A stretch of 64,000 nucleotides of DNA from the human T2T-CHM13v2.0 reference genome, Homo sapiens. The translations under genes were made by a program, and so were the position numbers. Positions 44,905 through 61,127 of this stretch are shown piece after piece. Location: the NCBI RefSeq assembly GCF_009914755.1, contig NC_060942.1; one strand, 5' to 3'. Position 1 is the stretch's first letter, and every line of letters starts with the position of its first letter. Under the pieces are notes generated by a model. That model ran no database searches. It was not told the origin of the DNA and was given only the letters and a program-made list of their open reading frames with translations.

Positions 44905-45436
44905 CAGTGCAGATGACAGTGGTAGATGGTAACTTGCCTGCAGTAAGCAACAATCCTCCCATTCCTGTGCACAAGCTGCCGCTGTCCCAAATCTAGACTG
45001 GCTGGCCCTGTCACATGCTTTGATCAATATTATGCAATGAAAGCAGCCTGTGCTAGTTCCAGTTTTCAGTAATTTGGGACTCAAAAGCTGCCTCAGACTG
45101 CTTCTGTCTCTGCACTTGGAATGCTTATACACCATAAACAGATGCCCTGCCTAGACTACTGATTGATGAGGGACCAAGTGGAGAGGTCAGCTGGAAGAGA
45201 ACTGAAGCATTTCTGCTGGCATCCAGCACCCAGACCTCAGACACAAGAGTGAGGCCCTCTCAGCTCCTCCAGTGCCAGCTGAACCACTGCAGCCTGCATC
45301 ATCTGGAACCAAGCCAAACCTTCTCTAATGAGCCTTGCCCAAATGGCAAGCCCATACAATTGTGAGCAAGAGAATAATTTTTTTAGGCTACTAAGTGTTG
45401 CGGTGGTTTGTTATGCTGCAACAGATGAAGGATACA
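44905..45436 (+). mobile_element. MLT1H-like MaLR LTR
   Basis: gagccttgcccaaat..aattgtgagcaa..ctaagtgttgcggtggtttgttatgctgcaacagat..ataca. Confidence 0.65.
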
Positions 45437-45453
45437 AGAATAAAACTGTATTT

Positions 45454-45676
45454 TATAAGTGGGAACTAAACTATGAGGATGCAAAGGCATAAGACTTTGG
45501 GGACTGCGGTGGGGGGAAGGGTGGGAAGGAGTGAGGGATAAAAGACTACAAATTGGTTTCAGTGTATATTGCTCGGGTGATAGGTACATCAAGATCTCAC
45601 AAATCACCGCTAAAGAACTTACTCATGTAACCAAGTACCACCTGTTCCCCAAAAACCTATGGAAATAAAAAAAAAA
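45454..45676 (+). mobile_element. L1PB 3' end
   Basis: gggataaaagactacaaattgg..ctaaagaacttactcatgtaacca..cacctgttccccaaaaacctatggaaataaaa. Confidence 0.92.
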
Positions 45677-45699
45677 TTTAAGACTAAGAAATAATCAAA

Positions 45700-46230
<531 letters not shown>

Positions 46231-46242
46231 AAAACAAGGTCA

Positions 46243-47297
46243 TAAATAGCTCTTATTATTTTGACATACATTCCATCAATACCTAGTTTATGGAGAGTTT
46301 TTTAACATGAAGCAGTGTTGAATTTTATTGAAGGCCTTTTCTGCATCTATTGAGATAATAATGTGGTTTTTGTCATTGGTTCTGTTCATGTGATGGATTA
46401 CGTTTATTGATTTGCGTATGTTGAACCGGCCTTGCATCCCAGGGATGAAGCCAACTTGATCGTGGTAGATAAGCTTTTGGATGTGCTGCTGGATTTGTTT
46501 TGCCAGTATTTTATTGAGGATTTTCACATCAACGTTCATCAGGGATACTGGCCTTAAATTTTCTTTTTTTGTTGTGTCTCTGCCAGGTTTTGGTATCAGG
46601 ATGATGCTGGCCTCATAAAATGAGTTAGAGGGGAGTCCCTCTTTTTCTATTGTTTGGAACAGTTTCAGAAGGAATGGTACCAGCTCCTCTTTGTACCTCT
46701 GGTAGAATTCAGCTATGAATCCGTCTGGTCCCAGGCTCTTTTTGGTTGGTAGGCTATTAATTGCTGCCTCAATTTCAGAACTTGTTATATACCCAAAGGA
46801 TTATAAATCATTCTACTATAAAGACACATGCACATGTATGTTTATTGCAGCAGTATTCACAATAGCAAAGACTTGGAACCAACCCAAATGCCCATCAATG
46901 ACAGACTGGATAAAGAAAAATGTGGCACATATACACCATGGAATACTGTACACCTATAAAAAAGGATGAGTTCACGTCCTTTGTGGGGACATGAAGCTGG
47001 AAACCATTCTCAGCAAACTAAGACAGGAACAGAAAACCAAACGCAGCATGTTCTCACTTATAAGTGGGAGTTGAACAATGAGAACACATGGATACAGGGA
47101 GGGAAACATCACACACTGGGGCCTGTCGGTGGGTAGGGGGCTAGGAGAGGGACAGCATTAGGAAAAATACCTAACGTAGATGACAGGTTGATGGATGCAG
47201 CAAACCACCATGGCACGTATATACCTATGTAACAAACCTGCATGTCCCGCACATGTATCCCAGAACTTAAAGTATAATTTTAAAAAATGTGAAAAAT
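46243..47297. mobile_element. 5'-inverted (twin-primed) L1PA: 46243-46787 on -, 46788-47297 on +
   Basis: Minus part encodes RT motif [20 protein letters not shown]; plus part has ORF2 C-terminus and 3'UTR; TSD aaacaaggtca. Confidence 0.93.
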
Positions 47298-49229
47298 AAA
47301 CAAGGTCAATAAGAACGTATTTGAGCACAACCAAAATTAATATAAGTTATTAAGTGTTTGTTTGACAGGATCCAGGAAAATTTAGCAAGCACAATCTCTT
47401 CTGCTATTACACAATATTTGCATTTCTAAGATATCTTGTGTAATCCACAACTTTTATAAAATATAACTGCTCTCATAGGGAAAAGGGGTTTAGGGTCTAT
47501 AAAATTTCAAATTTACAATAGAAGTTATTTTCTACAGGAATTTAATAAATAACAATAACATTTAGCTGTAAAACCTAAACAATTCCTGGGCAAATCCAGC
47601 ATTTAATCATATCCAGATTTTGCTCAAAAGTCTTTTCTTCTTCTGTTTCCACCAAGACTATCACTGGCACTCTCCTGTAAACATCCTTATCTTTATCGAC
47701 CATGGCTTTTCATAAGGCACAACATTGAAACAGGATGGATAATACAACACCCAAAGTTAAGATAAGTTGTAGCTTGGATAACAGTATTGAAGAAAGTAAC
47801 CTAGTCAGCTGCCCAAAGTGTCACTAGCAGCTTTTGTTCCTATGAGCAGTTCTAGTGCCCAATGACAGAAGCCTCACTGCCAATGGTGTTCTCTAGTAAT
47901 GTGCATTATGCCCAGTTTGTAGCACAAAAACTGATTCGGCAGGAATTTCTGCATTGTGTACCAGCCATGGTACTAAATAGTTCTATAATCATCTATAATA
48001 TTGGTATGATTGGTATGGTCAATAATTGGTTGCAGACTGAGCACTATATGGGGAAAACCAAGCAACAATAACTAAAACCTACAGCAACTTTACATCTCTC
48101 TCCCCCACACACGGGACTACTGAATTAAAATGAAATTTTCTGCTCCTCTGAGCAGCTTCCCTCTAAGTGGACAGCTCCCGTGTTAAAAGACTTTTCTACA
48201 AAGCCAAGGAAGATAAGCTTCCTCCATCTCTCAACTCCATTCTTTTGATAATCCCCAGTGATTGTGAACGTACAAGCATTACTGAGTTAAAGGAAAACCC
48301 CCACAACATTCAGGAGATGAGGAAAACATGCATCAGAGAGCAGAGAAGGTTGGCCCAGAGTTTAGAAACAGTTATCAAATACAAAAATTAGGAAGACATT
48401 CTCAAAATACTTTCTGAGAGTCTAGTCCCTTTTACATTAGAGGGTGCTGCTAGAGGAGGTATACATCAGACCTAGTGATGGGATAGAAGGAATCTAACAG
48501 TAATGTCTGGAAGAAAAGAGGCAAGGTCTCTAAGATGTTCAACAGAGGCAAACAAAAGTAAATGGTGCAATGTTAAAAATCAGTATTTGGTTAGGACAAA
48601 TAAAGGACCTACAGTTAATAAAAGCCAAAAACTACATCCCCCCGCCCTACCTACATAGGCCATCTCCAGAAGCAAACAGTGGCATAAACAGCAAGAACTA
48701 TAATCCAGCACAGATAGCCCAGATGTCATCTTATAGCCCCCGTAAATTAGCTTTGACCAAACTGTACTTAGGACAGCAGTGGTCTATACTTGAAGGTCAC
48801 CAGAGGAACAATTCCTAGCAAGTTCACCGTGTCTATTATAGGAATGATCTTCATCACGTTATATACTGTTCTTTTTGCAGGAATGCTTGGAAAAAGCTTC
48901 TCTTTGGTCTTAATAAGGAACAGTCTTTGTTCTCTTGGGCACTGTTGTTTTCGCCACATGGACTTGGATAACTTTCTCACCGGATGCTAGAAAGCTGAGC
49001 AGCAAGTGCCCACCCATGGCAAGTCTATGGCTCTTTATGTTGTAGGCTCTTAGCCTCAATGCCAGCTCTATTTCATATGTCTCCTGCCCTGTTTATCTTT
49101 TTCCTTTTCTCTTTCAATTTATGCTATCTTCTTATATATAACTGCCTTATATATGGAATAAAACTAAGTATAAATTAAATCAAATAAACATGCCTCTATT
49201 TCAGAGGACAGTCTTACCATACAGTAATA

Positions 49230-50150
49230 TGTATTCATTCTTTCACAAATATGTATTCTGCAACATCAGGAACCGTACTGGACACGGGGCATACAAAAAT
49301 GAGACAGATCAGCCCCTGCTCTGACATCTAGTCAGGAAAAGACACAATAAATAAAGTACAAGCAATTTTAAGTACTACAACAAAGACAAAAACCTGAAAT
49401 GGACAACCACAGATAGGGATGGAGGGAAGTGTCAGTGGTGGAGTTTGGGAGACCTCTTACTGAGGATGTGACATCATAATTAAATTCAGAAGGATTAGGA
49501 ACCAGAATTAGGATTTAAGTGGGGGGAAGACCTTTTATCCAGGTACAGGGAATAGAACAGGTAATAGCCTGAGACAGGAAAGAGTCTTAAAGAAATGAAA
49601 CGACTGAGCTCAACTGAGGGAGGATAGTGTAGGATGAAGGTGGAGAGGAAGACAGGGGCCGGGCCTCACAGCCCAGGGTAAGGAATATGGATTTTGTTTC
49701 CAGAGTGATGAGATGCCATAGAAGGATTTTAAGCCTGGGTATTTTAAGGTTCAGGATCATACCTTCTGCTACATGGGAATAGATTGCAAGAAGTTAAGAC
49801 AGGAAGCAAAGAACAGTTGCAATATTCCAGGCCAAAGATGACAGTGGCCTGGACCAGGATGATGTCGTGGAGAGAGATAGCCCAAAAAGTCCCAAACTGG
49901 ATACATTTGATAAAAGATTTGATGCAAAGGAAATGTGAAATGGAATAATCTAAAATTGCTTCTGAATTTGTATCTGGAGCAACTATCCAGGCATTCAGAC
50001 CACAAGCTAGAGCTGCAGACTGTGCTGTGAGTGGGGGCTGGTCGGGGGTAGAAATCACCATCTCTACTTGGACCTGTCGTCTTTGAAATTTCTTGAAGAC
50101 ATCCAAGCAAAGATCAAGTAGGCAACTGGATATGTGAATTGCTGAGGCTC
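49230..50150 (-). mobile_element. L2 LINE
   Basis: tattcattctttcacaaatatgtatt..gatgacagtggcctggaccagg..caagtaggcaactggatatg. Confidence 0.8.
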
Positions 50151-50293
50151 AAAAGATACATTTCCCAAGATCCTTTCTCAGGAAAGAACTAGTCTATACA
50201 CGCCACCAAAATAAAGGAATAAATCAGGAAAGAGGAAAAATGTGAGATCCAGGAAACCCAGAATTCAACACAGAGAAAGATAAATTTTCCAGG

Positions 50294-50335
50294 ATACTCA
50301 GGAGGCAGGAGGATCACTTGAACCCAGGAGTTGAG
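50294..50335 (+). mobile_element. Alu fragment
   Basis: tactcaggaggcaggaggatcacttgaacccaggagtt. Confidence 0.65.
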
Positions 50336-50719
50336 TCTTTTTAAAAGATTATCTCTTTAAAAAAAAAAATTCCCCAGGATGACAGAGTGAATGTGAGAAA
50401 CCAACTGGATTAGTGCAGGCCTCAATGCTCTGGGCCAAATGTAAGGTTGAAATGACAGAACATCTAATGAGTTTGAATATATTGAGAGAAACTTCATACA
50501 AAAGGGAGTGAGTGGGGATGGCTTTTGATTATATATGTACAAAAAAATTAAGTTCTTAACTACAGGAAAGGTAAGATACAGTAAAAGAAAGGAAAAGCAA
50601 TCCTAGTATACACAACCGGGCTTAGAGTCAATAGCATTTCCACAGTCATTACATCAACACTGAAAACTGACCTATCCCAAACGGCAACACAACCATACCG
50701 GGGGATGCAAAGATGGGAA

Positions 50720-50795
50720 GTAAGCGTGTGCGATGGTTGTAAGCGGGTGCGGTAGTCGTAAGCATGTACAATGCTTATAAGTGTGTGCAACAGTT
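50720..50795. repeat. Degenerate minisatellite, 4 x 19 bp
   Basis: gtaagcgtgtgcgatggtt / gtaagcgggtgcggtagtc / gtaagcatgtacaatgctt / ataagtgtgtgcaacagtt. Confidence 0.85.
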
Positions 50796-51192
50796 GATAG
50801 CTGAATTTTCTCCTACCATAGAAGGAGGGGGGAGGACTCAAAAACTGAAAAAGTTAAAACATAAGTTTCTTACAGCGATGGAGGCAAAAACCAAAAGAAT
50901 AAGCCAGAAAGTTAGAAAGCAGTTGCTGTGGTGAGGACAGAAGGACCAGGGGGGTGTTGAGGGCACAAAGTCTTCCCGGCTGTGGGATTGTTTGATTCTA
51001 ACTGCTGCAATTTAAATAATATTTTATACTAAACATTTAAGACATTAAAAATGCTGAGTAAATCATTGATTTGACTCTGAATAGGTAAAATGTTGAAAAT
51101 GTCCATGAAGACTAGATATCAGAATATTAAGAACAGACAGACTATGACTAGATACCTTTCCCTTCAGAATATTCGTTGCCTTTTATATTTAA

Positions 51193-51492
<300 letters not shown>

Positions 51493-52317
51493 ACATTTTT
51501 ATATTAGAGAAGCTAATGTATCGAGTGTTGACTAATCCAATTTTGCTACAAAAAAAATAGTCAAAGTAAAGGCCTGTTCATTTGGGTTTAAAAGGGCTCT
51601 AAACATAAAAGTAAAATACAAATATACATATAAAAATAAATAAAATGTTAGCTTCCCTTTAGAAGGTAAATTTTCATCTGATAAGAATACACCATGTTCA
51701 TACTACAGTATTATCTTTGGAGTCAAATGCATGAACTGCCTTTGAGGTGAAGTAATTTTTATTTAAGTGTTTCTGAATCCAAAGCAGTTCAGGTGGCTTC
51801 CCCATACAGTGATCTGCTCTACCACAAACAGTGCCACAACTCACCATTCTAGTGGACAGGACAGTATTTCTATTCTAGAAACTTGCCCAGAATTAACACA
51901 TCTGTTAAAATTTAAATATCGCTCACTAGTGATAATGGAAGTACCATCCACTAATGACTTAAGAGAAATTACTCCACAAAACAAATCTATTTTATCCAAG
52001 GAAAAAAAATGTTTAATATTTATATTGAGTTGTTTTTCTGTGTGATAATGACAATTCCGGTAACATATGAACACCCTACATTTTAGAGATGAATGCTGAC
52101 ATATGTAGTGGTAAGAGACATGTCTGGAATTTGCTTTATAATACTTTAGCAGGGAGTAAGAGGGACAGATGAAACAAACATAGCAGAATTTTCGTATGAG
52201 CATATGACTCTCCATTGGCATATCTGAAAACTGTTCATAATTATAAGCTACATTCTGAGAGAAAAACATTCAGCTTTTCACCCTCAAAATAAACTTGAAT
52301 CTTTTAATGATAATGCT

Positions 52318-53052
<735 letters not shown>

Positions 53053-53075
53053 AACGCATGTAAAGAACACCTAAA

Positions 53076-53399
<324 letters not shown>

Positions 53400-54316
53400 G
53401 AAGAAACAACAGCTGCAGTGGAGATTCCCTTTCATCCATCAGGTTACAAACCCAGCCTTAACTACATTCCTTCCAAAGGAGCGTAGGTTAAAATGCAGAT
53501 TAGACAGATTAACTTGCAAGCAGGAGAAAGAAGGAATCAAACTTCAAACCAGCGGCCTGTTGATCTCATGCTAAACTCAAGTGATACCTTTTTATTAAGC
53601 TGAGACTGCCTAAATATGGAAAGGATGTTAATAAATACAAAAACCTGATAATTATCTGGGTTATTCAAGAGAAGCCTCATCCTTTTAGGAAGGTAATTTG
53701 GCTGAGAAAAAAAAAAAAAAAAAGGAAAGCTGTTTGGTATCTTTTTAAACATATATAGCTAAGTTGCATAGCTGTCTTGTGTCACCATTTCCCTCGGAAT
53801 CTTTAAACAGAGCCAAATATGGAACCAGAACCCGGAGCAGCAGAACGATGAAAATGGCAGCAAGGCCACAGCCAGCAAATTTGCACATGAAGTCTTTACG
53901 AGGGCCCTTAGAGACACTGAGCAGAGGCTCTTTGGTCCATAAAATAAATACATTCAGAAGGAGACACGTGTTGAAAAATAAGTCTGTAATAGAAACCTTA
54001 GTAAATATAAGAAACATACTAAGTCCAGTATGTTAAGATAAAAGATGTGTAAGAAATTTTATGAGAAAGCTGATCTGATGTCCCCTTTTCTTCCCACTTT
54101 ATTAGCAGGAGTCTGCCCAAAGGCAACTCAATTTCTCCTTTTTAGGAAGGGAGTGGGTGCCGTGGGACTACAGCTCTCCATGAAGCGAGGAAGCTGATAC
54201 TTCACCCTGTGTTCTGCTATCCTATGGCACAGCACATGTTCAAAGCAAGCAGTGAAATGCGAGCCAGCCAGTGGCCAGCCAGGGCCCTTAACACTTTGAT
54301 GGGCTCCTGCACTTAC

Positions 54317-54362
54317 CCAGCATGAGCTTGCAGCAGATAGCAGCCCACTTTAAAGCATAGAC
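54317..54362 (-). other. Candidate 46-nt exon of a minus-strand transcript
   Basis: Acceptor gtctttttactccccag| and donor tgg|gtaagt; unverified. Confidence 0.25.
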
Positions 54363-54737
54363 CTGGGGAGTAAAAAGACTTTTTCCTTTTTAATAATTGG
54401 GGAAGAAACCATTAAAGCCATTCAAGAGATTAAATCCACAGTGCAAAGATGGCTATCATGTTTGTAAGGCTGATTAGAGATAAGTACTGCAGAGTCTCCC
54501 TCAGTCGAGATGATCGCCCTTGTGTTAAGCAAATCCCCTGGGCTGTAAACTAAATGCGCTTCTGTTTACTCTGCTCTCTGTGAAGGTGGGAGTGGTCCCT
54601 GTCAGACGGTCAGACCTGGAAGGAACTCAAGCAAAGCCCCATCCCCTCCTCTGAGGTTCGGCGAGAGCCAGAGGGTTTCTGGAGGACCCTGCAGTGGAAG
54701 GTAGGGAGAGGGTAGGTCATTAAAAACCATGTCTCCC

Positions 54738-55072
<335 letters not shown>

Positions 55073-56070
55073 TTAGATCTTCTGATTCATTTTGATAAAA
55101 CTTAAGATGCTAATTTCAAGTATATCAAGATTAAAATCTGACTATACTGAAACAGAGACCCCCCCCTTTAGCATCTGCTACATTTCCTTAGAGAACTCTC
55201 CAGTGAACAGATGAATTATGATGCCTCCATACAATTAAATGCCATGCTGTGAAATACCATGCTGTAAAATGGCTTAGCACCCTATTTAACCAGGAGTAAG
55301 TATTCCTTAGCTATTAACTGAAAAAAAGCAATTGTAGAATAAACCCATTTCTGTAAGTGGTAGGTCTAAGGATATCTTAGCATATGCATAGAAAGATTAG
55401 GAAAAGTAAACTCCAACCCTTTGATCGTCTTTACCCTGAAAGGGTGAAATTGGATGACCCTCAGTTCTAACTTGCACATTGCTATGGTGTAAAACACGCA
55501 GAGTAAATATTGCCATGATCATAAACAAGGTAAATAAAGTCTTAAAAAGAGAATGTCCAAAACAGAGTTCTTTCTTCTTGTGCCCCCCCTTCCCTGTAGG
55601 AACTACAGAGTGGAGCTTTCCTTTGTAAAGAAATTATCAAATAATCCCTCTGTCTTCTTTTTTCCAAACCTAACAATCTCCATTCCCTTGGGTAGGTCAG
55701 CTGGGATGGTAGAAAAAGTGATATATATTTTCATATACTTTCCTAGAAGAATAAAAGTGCTTTCCCCTCATCATGAAGGCAGTTTCTTTTGGGATCCAAA
55801 CCCCTGAATATTAGAACCCTAAAGAGTGTGAGTGAAACTCTCACCTGTTCAAGGCATAAGGATTTAGATATGCTCCTAGTGCTCTGAGCTTCACAAGACA
55901 AACGCAGACATCACCTCAATGACACACACAGGAGCATGTGTCAAACGTGTTAGGAAAATCCAATAGTGGGTCAATCTGTGCTAGCAAATGAACACAACTC
56001 CTAAGATCACACAAGTCATACATTTAAAAGGCTGAACAGTGGGAATTTTTCTTTTTTTAAAAAGACAGTT

Positions 56071-56410
56071 GGCCAGGCGGGGTGGCTCACGCCTGTAATC
56101 CCAGCACTGTGGGAGGCTGAGGCAGGCGGATCACCTGAGGTCAGGAGTTTGAGACCAGCCTGGCCAACATGGCAAAACTGCATTTCCACTAAAAATACAA
56201 AAAAATTAGCCAGGAGTGGTGGCGCACGCCTGTAATCCCAGCTACTCAGGAGGCTGAGGCAGGAGAATTGCTTGAACCCAGGAGGTGGAGATTGCTGTGA
56301 GCCAAGATTGCATCACTGTACTCCAGCCTGGGTGACAGAGTGAGACTCCATCTCAAAAAAAAGAGAGGAAAGAAAGGAAAAAGAAAGGAAAGAAAGCAAG
56401 CCAAGGAAGG
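56071..56410 (+). mobile_element. AluS with GA-rich (GAAA)n tail
   Basis: Full Alu followed by purine repeat. Confidence 0.94.
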
Positions 56411-56858
56411 ATTCACTGAAGAGGCAGGACCTGGAGATGCCGCCTGAGTAAACAAAGCCAGATGGCCAAGGGCTGCAAGCTGGGGTGTCCCTGCTGGAGC
56501 ATCCCAGTCAGTACACATGAGCTCCCACCTCACCCCCTACATCAGTGACCACCAAGACATGGTCCCGGCTGTGCCAAGACCTCAAACCCCTCCCTTCCCT
56601 AGGACAGCAGGGTAGCAGCTGGACCACCAGAACTCCCAGGGCCAGTTGTCTTCAGCCTAGAGCACCCTTTTTCATTGACCTTAATGTGGTCTCTGCTGAT
56701 TATAATTTACCTATATTTTATGGCCTGAAAATATGCTTCTAAACACTGAGGGTTTCTGGAAATTGACTCACAAAGCAGTGGGGGTGGTGGAGATGCTGAG
56801 TAACTGTCAGGAGTCCACTCAGATCCTCTCATGCCTTATCATTAAATCTCCTTTCCTA

Positions 56859-57124
<266 letters not shown>

Positions 57125-58214
57125 TTACTATAATATCCTCAGTAATAGGTTGCCACGCTCAAACTAGCAAGCTCTGAAATGTATTAAACTCAGGTCACTT
57201 ATGAACCACTTTGTGTTTTGCCAGCCTCAAATTCAGAGATTCTTCATTAAGAGCCTCGGGGTACCTCTATACACAAAATGCAGTTGCATTTCCTTTTATT
57301 TCTTGCTTTATAATCATTTCCATTTCTATGATTTAGTCAGCATAATTGCTGTTGTAACACTCAAAAAGACAATTACATATACAAACTATGCATTATAGAC
57401 AGACATATTTGGAGACTGCCTGGTTTAAGGTCATGTAGTAAATACAGAGCTTGAGTTATAACTATCTGGTCAAACCACAGAAAGCATTATGTTGTGATGC
57501 ATACAGTTAACTCAAGCCCGTAAGAAGCCTTTTGTTTTCTGGGGTGGAGGGTGAGGGGTTGAGAAATTCTTTCAGTTATCAGGAGGACTGGAGAGTAAAG
57601 GCGTACAGATGGGATGGGAGGAGAATCTTGGACAGCATGTAGATGTCCCATCATACCATGTAAAAAAAAATGTGTTTGATACTCACAAGGAAAGAAAAAC
57701 ACAGCTTGACACTGAAAAGCTTTCATTTATAATATACTGAGCCATGTTTATATCTTGGGAGAAGATTCATGCAGTGCAGCAACAAAGCAAAATATATTTT
57801 TTTTAATGCACCAAAGGTCATTGAGTAGCTTTAGACACCAAGCTGAGAGCCTACAATACAAAATAAAGAGTGATGGAATTTGCACCCTGAGATTTGGAAT
57901 GGCTCAGCTTAAGAAACCAAGAACTCATGAGGAGTGTCCTATCCTTGATCCATTCTCCTATTAGTCCCTCCATCACTTCCCTGACACCCTCAAACCACCC
58001 CACACAGAATGGAAAGGGTCTAACAAATGAAGGATTGGAGACACCAGGCACAGTGACTGTCACCAAGGGACCACTGAGGGACCTGGACCTGCAGCAATTG
58101 CAAAGGACACAAGAGACCCTGGCTTAGTGGCCATGGAATAAACAAAGACCATTTACCCAGCTTCTGACAAAGAACCAGGCTGCTCACAACCTTATGCTTC
58201 CTCCTCAAGTTTAA

Positions 58215-58595
58215 GTCAGAGGTTTTCAGCATACTGGAATCACATGAGGAGCTTTAGAAATTCCTGGTGCCTGGCAACCACCTCCAGAGTTTCTGGCATG
58301 ACTTTGGTGTGAAAGGTGGCAAGCCAAGGTATGTGGAGCAGCCTGAATGCTGGGAATTTTAAAAACCTCCTCGGATGATTTCTATGCGCAGTCAAGGCTG
58401 AGAATCACTGCCTAGCACCTTGCCAGGAAGAAGTAAACAACAGAACATTCTGTTGTTATAGTGATATAGTGACGATTAGGACCGTGCTTCTCAACACTTG
58501 ATGTGCATAGGAAGCACCTAGTGACCTTGTCAGAATGCAAATTGTGATTGGGTAGGTCTGGGATGAAGCCTGGGCACCTGCATTTTTAACAGTGA
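58215..58595. mobile_element. Two adjacent MER5-type fossils (about 58215-58412 and 58483-58595)
   Basis: gaatcacatgaggagcttt..gatttctatgcgcagtcaaggctgagaatcactg; gattgggtaggtctgggatgaagcctg..ctgcatttttaaca. Confidence 0.7.
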
Positions 58596-59044
58596 TGTCT
58601 TGCTGTGAACAGAATAGTTTCTAATCTCCCCAAATTTGGCACCATCCTGGAGAGAGGCTCTGCAGAAATGAAAGTTACATGTAACATCATAGTAAAGCTT
58701 AATCCCTGTTATTTTAGATAAAGCTTAATCTCCATTATTCTTCAATGATGAACAGAATTTCATTTCATTGGATAACTCAGGACATTGTGGACAGTGATAT
58801 CCATGGAAAGCAAGGTATGTATGACCATGTGTCCCCTTTATTAAGTGGCATCAGTGTGTGCTGGGTTTTTGGGGTCAGTGGGAATGATTTTTGTGACTAC
58901 TTTTGAGGACTTGTCCAACTTTTGTTTTTAACCACTGGGATGAATGTCACTGTTTCCAGCAGTCCTCCCTTCCTTTAAGTGCCTCTTTTCAATTTGCAGT
59001 TGGCAGAAAAGCAAGGTAACCACAATTGTCAGGCCATCAAAAGC

Positions 59045-59230
59045 CCAGTGGTTGAGAAGAACACAGGCTCCAGAGTCAGACTGCCTGGCTTTGAAGCCCA
59101 GCCCTGCCATGCACCTGCGTGTGACCTTGACACTATGTAAGAGCTTGCATATATATAAAGACAAGCTAGAACAGCTTCTGACAGTGAGTCCTCACACACA
59201 GGGCAATCTGAGGCACTCATCAGACAGTAC
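59045..59230 (+). mobile_element. MIR fragment
   Basis: cagtggttgagaagaacacaggctccagagtcagactgcctgg..gtgtgaccttg. Confidence 0.7.
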
Positions 59231-60338
59231 TTGATGCTTTTGTATATCCATCTTTGGTTCCTCACCTCAAAGCCTTTTGTGATACCTATTTTTTGTGATG
59301 TTTTCTTTGTAATATCCATTTTGGATTCAAAGCTCCCTTTATCATCATCCCTTTCCTTCCCCACTTCCTCCTTTTTCAGCTGTGTTTCAGATATAAGTTG
59401 TTGCCAATCATATACAGTATCTCCCTCCCTATGTCCACCCAACTAGGCCAGTGTGATCTGCAGAAAACCAACAATACCAAAACCAATTTTACAGAATTTT
59501 TAAAACCCTTCAAACTTTCTCAGAGATAAAAGCCTGTTGATATTACATTGTAAGTTTTTCTAATCATTCAGATTTGGCCAGAACTACACTCCAGTGCATT
59601 TTTGTTTGGGGGCAACCTTGCCTCTAAAGGGCATTATCGTCTGCTCTCATACAACCTGCAGTTGGTTCAACAAGTCTGTGGTCTAAGTGGGTTCCCAGGA
59701 AGGCACCTCAGCTCTACCATGCAATTTCACACCACAAAAAAAGTGAGCCATTTCTTTGTGGGAAAATTCCAAAATGAAGCAAGGACACATTATCAAGAGC
59801 AATCCAAATGAAAGCTAAGAGGTCACAGTCACAGAAAAAGCCACAGTGTGGTCTGTGCTGGCTTACAGATGCCCTCCAATCTTCGAGGAAATAGCGCTAG
59901 ACAAAAGAAGAGGGTTACAAAGCTTACATTTGTCTATCTATGCACCTTTCTAAGTTTAGCCTACTTAAGTTAAAATGGACATGTTAAAGGTCATGAACGT
60001 CCACATAACGTTAAATTTTTTCACAACTTCATCTCCGTAGGATCCTATTTCTGAACAGATCTGTGCCTGTGTTTTTTTCTCTACACCACATCATTCCTTT
60101 ACCTTCCTATTACATCAAATGATGAATTCCAGTTTCCTAACTTTTCCCTTCCTTTGCCAAAATACCATTATCAGACTTTGTTTCTCTCACTTCAGAATAT
60201 TTCTTTTAGACTGTTCTCTCCTTCTCCACTACTGTTTTCCACAGTCATTGTTAAAGCCATCACTATTTAGGAGTCTCCATGAGCTTTGTGGAACAAAACA
60301 GCTGGTGTTAAAAGGAAGTTCAAAAATTCATAAGTTTA

Positions 60339-60629
<291 letters not shown>

Positions 60630-60847
60630 TTAAGTTTAATCACTGATATATTCTGCATAGGGTACCTGTATAGTGGTATAATATATTTTTAGCCATACAT
60701 GGAAAAATATAAAGTTATAACTGATTCCGAATACCTTCAATGAAAATGGCTTTTTTTCCCTCGATGGGTATTCCTCCAAATATATGCTATCATTTGATCT
60801 TTGAATGTAAAAATTTTTCTACTATACTAATTCAAAACTAACATTTC

Positions 60848-61127
60848 GGCTAGGTGCGGTGGCTCATGCCTATAATCCCAACACTTTAGGAGGCTGAGGA
60901 GTTCAAGACCAGCCTGGACAACGTAGCAAGAATCCATCTCTACAAAAAATTAAATTAGTCAGGCATGGTGGTGGGCTCATGTAGTCCCAGCTACTCAGGA
61001 GGATGAAGCAGGAGGATAGCTTCAGCCTGGGAGATTGAGGCTGCAGTGAGATATGATTGCACCACTGTACTGCAGTCTAGGCAACAGAGTGAGACCATGT
61101 CTCAAAAAACAAAAACAAAAAACAAAC
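60848..61127 (+). mobile_element. AluJ with left-arm deletion
   Basis: ggaggctgaggagttcaagacc; ctaacat on both flanks. Confidence 0.9.

Noticed and set aside
46715-46969. 84-aa ORF crossing the L1 inversion junction
   Set aside because: A chance fusion of antisense and sense L1 ORF2 pieces with a frameshifted end.
47676-47688. tgtaaacatcctt matches the first 13 nt of miR-30e-5p
   Set aside because: The match stops there and no complementary 3p arm or hairpin follows.
48860-49025. Strong + acceptor ctgttctttttgcag
   Set aside because: All frames close quickly and no canonical GT donor is nearby.
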